A DNA stretch of 10,201 nt from UHGV virus genome UHGV-1546769; one strand, written 5' to 3'. This document shows, in pieces, positions 1-5,980 of the stretch (positions are counted from its first letter, which is position 1; the number at the start of each line of letters is the position of its first letter). Below the pieces are notes generated by a model. That model was not told the origin of the DNA. It saw nothing but the letters and a program-made list of their open reading frames with translations, and made no database searches. This DNA is from a virus. The position numbers were made by a program, and so were the translations under genes.

Positions 1-423
1 CAGTTCCGGCATTGTCACAACGTGACTGTCATCAAAACCGAGATCCCGACGCACAACAGACAACACCCAGCGGGCACAGTTATCCGTTGCCATTGATTCC
101 AGCCGTTCCGTGAACTGATCGCGCAGCTGGTTATCGCAGTGCCAGCACAGACGGATTGCGCCCGGAGCGTGTCGCATTGTGGTCATGTTCTCGCTGTGCC
201 AGTCGGAATGAGGCCACTGGCAGCCTTTTTCACGAAGTAACCAGCTTTCAAGACATTCCACGCCACCAGCACGACGGATCACTGCCTCATTGCGGAACAC
301 GGCCCGAACGGCAGGATCATCCGCCAGCGGTTGTGATGCCGCCGGAACGGCACCACTGGCGAAAGATGAATAACGCTCCGGCTCAGGCTCCAGCAGGACA
401 CGCCCCTGCATAAACAGGGGCAT
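1..423 (-). CDS. Hypothetical phage protein, 5' portion only (gene continues past the window start)
   Basis: My own reverse-complement translation of 1-423 is open throughout in the frame ending at position 1 (MPLFMQGRVLLEPEPERYSSFASGAVPAAS...RLCWHCDNQLRDQFTERLESMATDNCARWVLSVVRRDLGFDDSHVVTMPEL). It is on the same strand as the upstream operon and directly downstream of the KilA-N gene. Absent from the ORF track, probably because it has no in-window stop. Start is uncertain: ATG at 423..421, ATG at 469..467, or GTG near 495/501. The + strand ORF 156..413 is antisense to it and looks like junk. Confidence 0.4.
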   Translation of the reverse strand, partial: MPLFMQGRVLLEPEPERYSSFASGAVPAASQPLADDPAVRAVFRNEAVIRRAGGVECLESWLLREKGCQWPHSDWHSENMTTMRHAPGAIRLCWHCDNQLRDQFTERLESMATDNCARWVLSVVRRDLGFDDSHVVTMPEL

Positions 424-502
424 CAGCTCTGAACCTGGCCTGAACAATACGATCCCCATACGCGGGGCAATTTCAGGGGTCAGTAGTGCTCTCACGGTCA
501 CC

Positions 503-1300
503 TCAATGAACGGTATCGAGCAGCTTTAACAGCTCAGGGAATCGGGATTCGAAGAAATGCGGCTGCGTCTCGCGCGGATTTGCGGGACTGGTGATGTTCT
601 TGCCGAACATGCAACCTTTCGCTGTCAGCGACCAGAATTTTTTGATGTTGTTAATCGCGGTACGGCTGTATCGTTCGCGCTGCTCGACGATCCCCAGCTT
701 CGCCATCTGGTGATATGCCTGATTAGCCGTAAGGCGGATACCATACTGTTTCAGCAGTGCACTCAGCGACAGCGTAGGGCGACTTGAGCCATCAGGCGCG
801 TCAGCAGGAGCATCAATGGCATAGCGTGGTGCCAGATTCGGTAAGCCAACAGCCTCCTGGAGTTTCTGACAGGCCCCAAGCACAGATGAGTTAGACAGGT
901 TTAACTCCCGGCGCATAAAGTCCAGCAGAATCACGCCAGCCTGCATCTTGTCAGCAGCCTGCCCGGATAATTTTTCCGGTGCGCTGGTTACCATATCGAA
1001 AGTACGGATCACCTTCAGATGGAATGACGGGCTGATCCACATTGCATAGGCATACACCAGTTCTTTGCAGACATACGTCCCCTGGTTATTTCCGCCACGA
1101 CTAACGTTAACTGGCTCTATATTGACCGAGTTGCAAATCTGCAACTCGCTTATTAAACGTTCGGTTTGCTCATTGCGGAGCCAGAATGCAGGCTTATGCT
1201 TATCCTGAGAACCGGCAGCCCTGTGCAGATCGTTCAGGCTGTAACGCCCATAAGCATCACGACGAACTTCAATACCATCAATGACCATCAGATTATTCAT
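503..1300 (-). CDS. KilA-N domain protein (phage antirepressor-like, with a KilA-C/ANT-like C-terminal region)
   Basis: 265 aa. The N-terminus MNNLMVIDGIEVRRDAYGRYSLNDLHRAAG...KPAFWLRNEQTERLI matches the KilA-N pattern as I remember it. ATG at 1300..1298 is preceded by GAGGAG about 9 nt upstream; stop TGA at 505..503. Confidence 0.8.
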   Translation of the reverse strand: MNNLMVIDGIEVRRDAYGRYSLNDLHRAAGSQDKHKPAFWLRNEQTERLISELQICNSVNIEPVNVSRGGNNQGTYVCKELVYAYAMWISPSFHLKVIRTFDMVTSAPEKLSGQAADKMQAGVILLDFMRRELNLSNSSVLGACQKLQEAVGLPNLAPRYAIDAPADAPDGSSRPTLSLSALLKQYGIRLTANQAYHQMAKLGIVEQRERYSRTAINNIKKFWSLTAKGCMFGKNITSPANPRETQPHFFESRFPELLKLLDTVH

Positions 1301-1319
1301 ACTTCGTTTCTCCTCTTAA

Positions 1320-1709
1320 TCAGGCGGCTGCACCCGCCGTTTTCTCGTACTTACTGATAGTGATCTCGACCTTCCCTTCCGGGATAACCGGCCCCCACTC
1401 CACCAGCATTCTTTTCACCTGGCTGTCGTCTTCCCACACCCCCGCGTGGGTCAGGGCGTCAAACAGCGCCTTGTTATAGTTGTCCAGATCGCGGATCCGG
1501 TTATCCGGAGGAAACAACACGATCTCCACTGAAGCAGGTGCCGACGTTGGTTTCGGCAGACGACGTAACTGCTCAACTATTGCTGCGCACGCCGCGCTCT
1601 GGAATTTTCGCCCCGCCTCGCTTATCAGGCTTTTACCTACAAACGCCCCTTTGTTGGGGTGTCGCCAGTACGTGTTCACGCTGGGCGGAAAAGGCAGTAT
1701 TAGCTTCAT
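1320..1709 (-). CDS. rusA: Crossover junction endodeoxyribonuclease RusA (Holliday junction resolvase)
   Basis: 129 aa. LPFPPSVNTYWRH near the N-terminus and the acidic motif RIRDLDNYNKALFDALTHAGVWEDDSQV match the RusA family (catalytic Asp cluster DLDN). The ATG at 1709..1707 overlaps the upstream TGA at 1708..1706 (ATGA), suggesting translational coupling. Confidence 0.9.
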   Translation of the reverse strand: MKLILPFPPSVNTYWRHPNKGAFVGKSLISEAGRKFQSAACAAIVEQLRRLPKPTSAPASVEIVLFPPDNRIRDLDNYNKALFDALTHAGVWEDDSQVKRMLVEWGPVIPEGKVEITISKYEKTAGAAA

Positions 1710-2034
1710 ACTTTCAGGCCCCTCTCATGTAACCAGTGAGTTGCACGCAGCCTTGCGTTTTCCTCACCGGCAAGCAGTGAGCGGATAATCCCGACCGCCT
1801 CGCTGTCGTCGTCCTTCACCGCGGTATGAAGCGTTATCCCCCGGGCCACACCACGCTTTATCGTGATGACGCCTTTTTTCTCCAGTGCGCGAAGATGCTC
1901 CACCGCTGCATTCACCGAACGGTATCCCAGCATGGTTGCCACCTCCTGATTGGTTGGCGGAAAGCCACGCTCTTGCTGGTAAGAAATCAGCATATCCAGC
2001 ACCTGCTGCTGGCATTGAGTTAACGTCGTCATGC
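1706..2034 (-). CDS. LexA N-terminal DNA-binding-domain protein (winged HTH only, no S24 peptidase domain)
   Basis: The C-terminal 108 aa of track ORF 1706..2263, MTTLTQCQQQVLDMLISYQQERGFPPTNQEVATMLGYRSVNAAVEHLRALEKKGVITIKRGVARGITL, follows the E. coli LexA N-terminal domain pattern (LTxRQQEV.D.I...GxPPTxxEIAxxLGFRSxNAAEEHLKALxRKGVIEI..GxSRGIRL) almost position for position. I chose the internal ATG at 2034..2032 because GGAG lies about 7 nt upstream; the 77 residues upstream in the track ORF are low-complexity and overlap the methyltransferase frame. Confidence 0.6.
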
Positions 2035-2669
2035 CGCCATCTCCCTGACAAGTTTTTCTGCCTGCTGGCGAACGCCTCACCACATGCCTCAAGTTCATCG
2101 CGCCCGATGTAGCTGATTGCCGGTCCCTTCCAGGTCTTGTCGAAAACAGCAATAGCACCAGCGAAGAAAGCGCCTGTCGGCACCTGCTTCTCATCCTTCG
2201 GGATAAACCAGGCAGGCAGTTCAAAACCAATACGCCCGCGAATAAAAGCAATATGGTCCGCATCTTCCGGCCACCACACTTCGCTGGTGGCCGCTTTGAT
2301 CAGGAAAACATAGCGCCCGCCCTTATCACGCATGGCACTGGCATGTTTCATGATGTAACGCATGCCGGTGATGTATTGCCCCTCATGCTGACTGGCGCGG
2401 CTGTATGGGGGATTACCAAAGGCAGCACCTTTAAGCTCCGCAAGACGTTCTGACCAGTCATGCGCCAGCGCGTTGTCTTCCGCCGTGTAATACGCGGCAC
2501 ATTTGGCGTTATCACCGTCAGTGAACAGATCCAGAACAAACGGACCAAACAAGGTGTTAATTCCCCAGAAAATGTTGTCCGGCGTGCGCCACTGATCGCC
2601 CACTTCCTTCAGTTCATGGGCTGGTTTGTTCCGCAGTTCTACCAGCGCCTGGCAATATTTATTACTCAT
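1764..2669 (-). CDS. Phage-type DNA N6-adenine methyltransferase (Dam-like), 3' end uncertain
   Basis: The N-terminal ~190 aa carry the GDQWRTPD motif and the catalytic FGNPPYSR (NPPY/DPPY) motif of N6-adenine methyltransferases. ATG at 2669..2667 follows a GGGGG stretch. The frame stays open to 1764, but the last ~90 aa are Gly/Arg-rich low complexity (GGGNHAGIPFGECSGGASSRTGEKRRHHDKAW...) and overlap the LexA-like gene in another frame, so the true C-terminus is doubtful. Confidence 0.75.
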   Translation of the reverse strand: MSNKYCQALVELRNKPAHELKEVGDQWRTPDNIFWGINTLFGPFVLDLFTDGDNAKCAAYYTAEDNALAHDWSERLAELKGAAFGNPPYSRASQHEGQYITGMRYIMKHASAMRDKGGRYVFLIKAATSEVWWPEDADHIAFIRGRIGFELPAWFIPKDEKQVPTGAFFAGAIAVFDKTWKGPAISYIGRDELEACGEAFASRQKNLSGRWRHDDVNSMPAAGAGYADFLPARAWLSANQSGGGNHAGIPFGECSGGASSRTGEKRRHHDKAWCGPGDNASYRGEGRRQRGGRDYPLTACR

Positions 2670-2761
2670 TAAGCCCCCACGTAAAAAGCATCCGCAATGT
2701 CTCCGGAAGTACAGCCCGGATGGGCTTCAATGAATTTCTGAACGTCATTTAACAGACTCAT
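2669..2761 (-). CDS. Candidate 30-aa small protein (not in the ORF track)
   Basis: Hand translation of the minus strand gives MSLLNDVQKFIEAHPGCTSGDIADAFYVGA*. Its ATG (2761..2759) lies 2 nt after the O-like stop TGA (2766..2764), and its TAA stop (2671..2669) overlaps the methyltransferase ATG (2669..2667) as TAATG. It fills the only gap between those two genes exactly. Confidence 0.3.
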   Translation of the reverse strand: MSLLNDVQKFIEAHPGCTSGDIADAFYVGA

Positions 2762-2763
2762 GA

Positions 2764-3756
2764 TCACCCCCTGAATCCTGCCGGGATCTGGCTGTAGTCC
2801 ACGTTGTCGTAACTGGCTTTGAAGTACGGGTCTTCACGTTTTTCTGTGTGCGTGCTGACGGACGGCGATAAGCGCAGGGAAAGCTCATCCCATTTTTCCC
2901 GCAACTTCGACGGGCTGAGCACGTTACGGCACCAGAACGGATCGCGGCTGACGCGGCTGTACATCTCGCAGATTTGTTTGTGAGTACGACCATCCTGCAC
3001 ACACATCAGGCGAATTTCGTTTGCCCATGCTGTCCAGTTCGGTTCTTTGGGACGAACCACCTCGCCGTCACATTCGGCGGCCTGCTCGTACAGGGCGATG
3101 ATTTTTTTCCAGAGCCACTGTGCGCAGGTCAAATCATCCTGCGTTCCCCACTGGCGCTTTTTAGGGCTGAATACAACCGCATCAGGATGGCGAGTTAAAA
3201 ACTCCTGTTCAGCCGTTTGCGTGTCCGGTTGCGAAGCGTCCGGACGAGAAGAGGTTTTATTCTCTGTAGTAATCTCTGTTGTATTCTCTGTAAGATCATT
3301 GGGCCATTTTGACCCGATGACAGCGTGTCGTTTTGAACCAATGGATCGTGTCATTTTGCGCCCATCCATCAGGTCACTTTGACCCGATGGAGAGGTGCAT
3401 TTTGACCTGATGGATTCGTTCACTTTGACCTCTTCTAAAAGCTCACTTTCATAGTTGATCGTGTAGAAGTTGGTCATGTCACGCTTCGATTTATTGAGTT
3501 GCTCGCGACGCAAAACCCCAAGTGATTTCAGGCTTGCAAATGTGCGTTTCAGAGTGGACTCTGACCAGAACGGAAACTGCTCCAGCCACTGTTCTGTCGT
3601 GTTATAAACCCAGCGAATTCCGCCATGCTCAGTGCCTGAATTCGTTTCATTCAGCCAGTAATGAAGCTGCTGCAACACAATTGCCTCATTCAGACCAATA
3701 CGGCATGCAAGATCACGATTTATCACAATGGGCTGGGATGTCATTAACAGGCTCAT
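2764..3756 (-). CDS. Replication initiator protein, lambda O-like, with the origin embedded in the gene
   Basis: 330 aa. It sits where O sits in lambdoid phages (after cro and a cII-like gene). The N-terminal region looks like a winged-helix DNA-binding domain, the central Thr/Glu/Asn-rich linker coincides with the iteron array and AT-rich repeats, and a separate C-terminal domain follows, which mirrors lambda O architecture. ATG at 3756..3754 with GAGG 6 nt upstream. Confidence 0.8.
   Translation of the reverse strand: MSLLMTSQPIVINRDLACRIGLNEAIVLQQLHYWLNETNSGTEHGGIRWVYNTTEQWLEQFPFWSESTLKRTFASLKSLGVLRREQLNKSKRDMTNFYTINYESELLEEVKVNESIRSKCTSPSGQSDLMDGRKMTRSIGSKRHAVIGSKWPNDLTENTTEITTENKTSSRPDASQPDTQTAEQEFLTRHPDAVVFSPKKRQWGTQDDLTCAQWLWKKIIALYEQAAECDGEVVRPKEPNWTAWANEIRLMCVQDGRTHKQICEMYSRVSRDPFWCRNVLSPSKLREKWDELSLRLSPSVSTHTEKREDPYFKASYDNVDYSQIPAGFRG
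3255..3300. repeat. AT-rich segment with three ATYCTCTGT repeats next to the iterons (candidate DNA unwinding element)
   Basis: Copies at 3259-3268 (attctctgta), 3272-3280 (atctctgtt) and 3283-3292 (attctctgta) in a locally AT-rich stretch. In the direction of O transcription it lies immediately after the iterons, as the AT-rich region does in lambda ori. Confidence 0.4.
3304..3432. repeat. Replication origin iterons: six direct repeats, consensus about tCAyTTTGACCCGATGG, period about 23 bp
   Basis: Repeats read directly at 3304-3320 (ccattttgacccgatga), 3327-3344 (gtcgttttgaaccaatgg), 3350-3367 (gtcattttgcgcccatcc), 3373-3390 (gtcactttgacccgatgg), 3396-3413 (tgcattttgacctgatgg) and 3419-3432 (ttcactttgacctc). 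They lie inside the O-like coding sequence with regular spacing of about two helical turns. Confidence 0.7.
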
Positions 3757-3925
3757 GACCGACCTCTATTTCCCTGAATTTACGACGAAACTGTTCGAGC
3801 GGACTGAAGCATTCATGTTCATAGCCTTCACGGAGGTAGATAACCCGTTGTGTTTCCGGCTCCCAACGAATGACTCTGACGGGCACTCCGTAGTGATCTT
3901 TGAACCAGCGGTTAACTTGTCGCAA
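3713..3925 (-). CDS. Hypothetical protein in an alternative frame (TTG start), overlapping the ORF at 3766-4104 and the first 14 codons of the O-like gene
   Basis: 70 aa ([70 protein letters not shown]) with globular-looking composition. The start is TTG at 3925..3923, preceded by GAAGGAGA with a 7-nt spacer. It cannot be cleanly reconciled with the overlapping ORF. Confidence 0.3.
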   Translation of the reverse strand: MRQVNRWFKDHYGVPVRVIRWEPETQRVIYLREGYEHECFSPLEQFRRKFREIEVGHEPVNDIPAHCDKS

Positions 3926-4104
3926 AGGACTGTCTCCTTCTGCCGGTTGAAATCACCCACAGCCCACTCTGCAAAGCTGTGGGTTACAATTTCCCTGTCA
4001 CCTGGTACATTCACTGCATAGCAATACTCCACCTTCGCTTTTCCACCCGGTACAGGAAGCGCAATCAGTTGCGAGCGACGGTAGTGTGTTGTTAAACTGT
4101 TCAT
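3766..4104 (-). CDS. Hypothetical protein, translationally coupled to the CII-like gene
   Basis: 112 aa. The ATG at 4104..4102 overlaps the upstream TGA at 4103..4101 (ATGA), with GGAG about 10 nt upstream. The N-terminal half ([28 protein letters not shown]) looks protein-like; the C-terminal half is Ser/Thr/Asn-rich and overlaps the better-looking 70-aa frame. Stop TAG at 3768..3766 lies 10 nt before the O-like start. Confidence 0.45.
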   Translation of the reverse strand: MNSLTTHYRRSQLIALPVPGGKAKVEYCYAVNVPGDREIVTHSFAEWAVGDFNRQKETVLCDKLTAGSKITTECPSESFVGSRKHNGLSTSVKAMNMNASVRSNSFVVNSGK

Positions 4105-4685
4105 GCGTTAGTTTCTCCACAACCAGAAGCAATCGACGCCACGACGCCCGGAGCTGCACACTCGCGGGCGTTACTCTTTTCCGGCGCACAAAAAACACGA
4201 AATAACAGTGTTAAATGCTCCTGCCACTTCGCCATTACTTGGTAGCTGTTCTCTTCGATTTGCTCACGCTCAGCCTGGTCAATAACTCCATCAGCAGTTG
4301 CCTTGCGTAAGTACTGGGAATGCTTGCCAATCCATTCTATTGACTCCATCAGCCGCTGATTAATGTCACCATTGTCAATGTCATCAATGACCACCAGCGG
4401 CACAAACACCCCATTACTACGACGGGCTATTGCATCTGTTACATGCCTGGTACCACTGGCATCCTGTAAAACCATGGCCCACTCAAGTGGAAAAATTTGA
4501 TCCCCACCGCTACGCAGTCTGTTATGCAATTGATCTTTTGCTGGGGTGATATCATCAGATTTATACAAACCAAGAATTTCTGCTGCTTCCTCATAGCCAT
4601 GAGGTAAATCAGCAATCGTTCTTCGTATTGCTGCCACCAGCCATGCTGGTTGTTTATCAACTTTCCATTCAGGTTCTTTACCCAC
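4101..4685 (-). CDS. CII-like regulatory protein (YdaT-like: CII-type N-terminal region with a C-terminal extension)
   Basis: 194 aa, second gene after cro. The segment [42 protein letters not shown] resembles the lambda CII HTH region (AEAVGVDKSQISRWKRDWIPKFSMLLAVLEWG). The start is GTG at 4685..4683 with GAGGA about 8 nt upstream. The last ~25 aa are low complexity. Confidence 0.55.
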   Translation of the reverse strand: MGKEPEWKVDKQPAWLVAAIRRTIADLPHGYEEAAEILGLYKSDDITPAKDQLHNRLRSGGDQIFPLEWAMVLQDASGTRHVTDAIARRSNGVFVPLVVIDDIDNGDINQRLMESIEWIGKHSQYLRKATADGVIDQAEREQIEENSYQVMAKWQEHLTLLFRVFCAPEKSNARECAAPGVVASIASGCGETNA

Positions 4686-4712
4686 GGTTAATTCCTCATT
4701 TCTGTGGTGTTT

Positions 4713-4910
4713 TTATGCCGCAGCACTGTTAGTCTTTTGATATAAAGACACGTCAACTTTCAGTTTCCCGTTAGTAATTTTTTCTAACTGGTACGCTCGG
4801 CCTTCAGGAATAATCTCAGGCCACTCTGAAACAGACGGATGCTTAATACCTAGGGCTTCGGCGGTTTTACAAACTCCGCCGAAATAATTAATCACGTCGG
4901 ATTTCCGCAT
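4713..4910 (-). CDS. Cro-like / YdaS-family HTH regulator
   Basis: 65 aa, divergent from cI across the operator region. The segment GGVCKTAEALGIKHPSVSEWPEIIPEGRAYQLEKITNGKLKV fits the YdaS/Cro-like small HTH pattern. ATG at 4910..4908 with GGGAGA about 6 nt upstream. Confidence 0.75.
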   Translation of the reverse strand: MRKSDVINYFGGVCKTAEALGIKHPSVSEWPEIIPEGRAYQLEKITNGKLKVDVSLYQKTNSAAA

Positions 4911-5005
4911 TTCTGTCTCCCGTTAAATTACGTTAAGCAGAAATGTAGGATATCCAACATGCAAATGTCAAGAATCCTACATGGGCATGTGGTAGGATTG
5001 CCTAC
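4911..5005. promoter_or_regulatory. Right operator/promoter region (oR, pR towards cro, pRM towards cI)
   Basis: An 18-bp palindrome ATGTAGGATATCCAACAT lies at 4943-4960 and a split inverted repeat ATCCTACAT-N4-ATGTGGTAGGAT at 4974-4998, with a further half-site overlapping the cI start. On the minus strand a TTGACA -35 (plus coordinates 4966-4971) and a TACATT -10 (4942-4947) with 18-bp spacing sit directly upstream of cro, and the operator overlaps the spacer and -10. Confidence 0.65.
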
Positions 5006-5659
5006 ATGATGAACATGAGTGATCGTATTCGCCAAAGGCGAAAAGAACTGAACCTGACACAACAAGCACTGGCTGATTTGACTGGTGTGAACCGTGTCAC
5101 GGTTACTGGATGGGAAAAGGACGACTACCAACCAAATGGAGCCAACCTTCAAGCCCTAGCCAACGCACTTAAATGCGATCCTCTGTGGCTTGTTAGCGGA
5201 AAAGGCTCGCCTGAACCAAAGATAAATCTAAAACCTGAAATATTCGCAGTTAAAAAAGTCCCCCTCATCTCGTGGGTTCAGGCGGGTTCATGGACAATGA
5301 CGGAGCCTGGTGTCAGGAAAGAAGATGCTGAAGAGTGGGTTTATACTACCGCCCTTGTATCAGAAATGGCATTTGCACTACGGGTCCGTGGTGATTCAAT
5401 GACCAATCCCCTCGGCTCACCATCGATACCAGAAGGTTCTATCGTTATCGTAGAGCCAGATATTATTGATACAGAGTGTATTAACGGAAAAATCGTTGTT
5501 GCCCATATCAATGGTGGGCAAGAAGCGACACTCAAAAAATTTGTTGAGGACTGGCCGAACAGGTATCTCGTCCCACTAAATCCTAACTATAAAACTATTG
5601 AATGCGGTGAGAACTGCAGAATAGTTGGTCTTGTCAAACAAGTAATAATGGATTTTTGA
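5006..5659 (+). CDS. Prophage CI-type repressor (N-terminal XRE-family HTH plus C-terminal S24 LexA-like autopeptidase domain)
   Basis: 217 aa. HTH region RRKELNLTQQALADLTGVNRVTVTGWE; candidate Ala-Gly autocleavage site in SWVQAGSW; S24 catalytic Ser motif VRGDSMTNP and Lys in ATLKKF. Three in-frame ATGs at 5006, 5009 and 5015 with only a weak AGGA upstream, as for leaderless or weakly initiated cI transcripts. Confidence 0.9.
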   Translation: MMNMSDRIRQRRKELNLTQQALADLTGVNRVTVTGWEKDDYQPNGANLQALANALKCDPLWLVSGKGSPEPKINLKPEIFAVKKVPLISWVQAGSWTMTEPGVRKEDAEEWVYTTALVSEMAFALRVRGDSMTNPLGSPSIPEGSIVIVEPDIIDTECINGKIVVAHINGGQEATLKKFVEDWPNRYLVPLNPNYKTIECGENCRIVGLVKQVIMDF

Positions 5660-5679
5660 CACATCTTCCTCACTATCGC

Positions 5680-5706
5680 AAAACCGGGGTATCCCCGGTT
5701 TTTTTA
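5680..5706 (+). terminator. Rho-independent terminator downstream of cI (potentially bidirectional)
   Basis: Perfect stem ACCGGGG (5683-5689), loop TAT, CCCCGGT (5693-5699), followed by a T7 run and preceded by an A-run. Confidence 0.7.
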
Positions 5707-5719
5707 TGAGCCTATCTTT

Positions 5720-5780
5720 TTATGTAGGATAACCAACATAAACTCTTGACACTCACATGTTGGATATCCTACATTTGTTT
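5720..5780 (+). promoter_or_regulatory. Left operator/promoter region (oL/pL)
   Basis: Two 18-bp operators: 5722-5739 (ATGTAGGATAACCAACAT) and 5757-5774 (ATGTTGGATATCCTACAT, the exact reverse complement of the oR operator at 4943-4960). They flank a TTGACA -35 at 5746-5751, with TACATT at 5770-5775 as -10 (18-bp spacer). The promoter-operator core is nearly identical to pR but on the opposite strand. Confidence 0.65.
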
Positions 5781-5933
5781 TTAGAGTTGTGGTGAATGCG
5801 CAGGCTGATGCGCGAAAGACATTGCAGCTATTGCGGAAAAGAGCTGTTCGGCGGGGCAATTAAACGCCCGTGAGAGTCTGAAATAACCGCAAGCCGGAGA
5901 TCAGCACCGGTCACCACAACAGCCACTGCTTTG

Positions 5934-5980
5934 GCGGTACCAGTTTGTACACTCGCTTCCGGCTGGTACCGCTCTTTTTA
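5934..5980 (+). terminator. Candidate intrinsic terminator or regulatory hairpin in the pL leader
   Basis: Perfect 10-bp inverted repeat GCGGTACCAG (5934-5943) and CTGGTACCGC (5964-5973) with a 20-nt loop, followed by TCTTTTTA (5974-5980). It lies in a ~340-nt untranslated leader between pL and the first substantial gene. The segment CGCTCTTTTTA also resembles a boxA element. Confidence 0.4.

Noticed and set aside
156-413. Plus-strand ORF of 85 aa
   Set aside because: The translation is Pro/Arg/His-rich junk and is antisense to a longer, more protein-like open frame on the minus strand (1-423) that fits the operon orientation.
2035-2263. N-terminal 77 codons of track ORF 1706..2263
   Set aside because: Low-complexity Leu/Arg/Ser-rich translation that overlaps the conserved methyltransferase core in another frame. 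The LexA-like domain starts at the internal ATG at 2034, which has GGAG upstream.
3304-3432. Possible CRISPR array, because of the regularly spaced direct repeats
   Set aside because: Repeats are only about 17 bp with about 6-bp spacers (23-bp period), far below CRISPR repeat and spacer sizes, and they lie inside an initiator gene. Origin iterons explain them.
3766-3925. Programmed -1 ribosomal frameshift joining the two overlapping ORFs
   Set aside because: The frame relationship is compatible with -1, but I found no canonical X-XXY-YYZ slippery heptamer in the overlap. A mutational frameshift or nested gene is more parsimonious; it is kept as a finding, not a feature.
3728-4021. Plus-strand ORF of 97 aa
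   Set aside because: Antisense to two minus-strand ORFs within a minus-strand operon, with no RBS or promoter context; likely spurious.
503-4700. Plus-strand track ORFs within the minus-strand operon (557..787, 1166..1357, 1480..1788, 1538..1732, 1826..2023, 1885..2112, 2253..2453, 2460..2672, 2974..3198, 3047..3382, 3522..3758), plus the minus-strand ORFs 2348..2548, 2745..3002, 3998..4198 and 4439..4660
   Set aside because: Each is antisense to, or an alternative frame inside, a longer ORF with recognisable motifs and RBS. Their translations are low complexity (Arg/Pro/Ser/Cys-rich), typical of GC-rich off-frame reading.
5796-5873. 25-codon Arg-rich ORF as an N-like antiterminator gene
   Set aside because: Too short for known N proteins and the RBS is weak (GGTGA immediately next to the ATG). 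Mentioned only as a hypothesis within the leader finding, not called as a feature.
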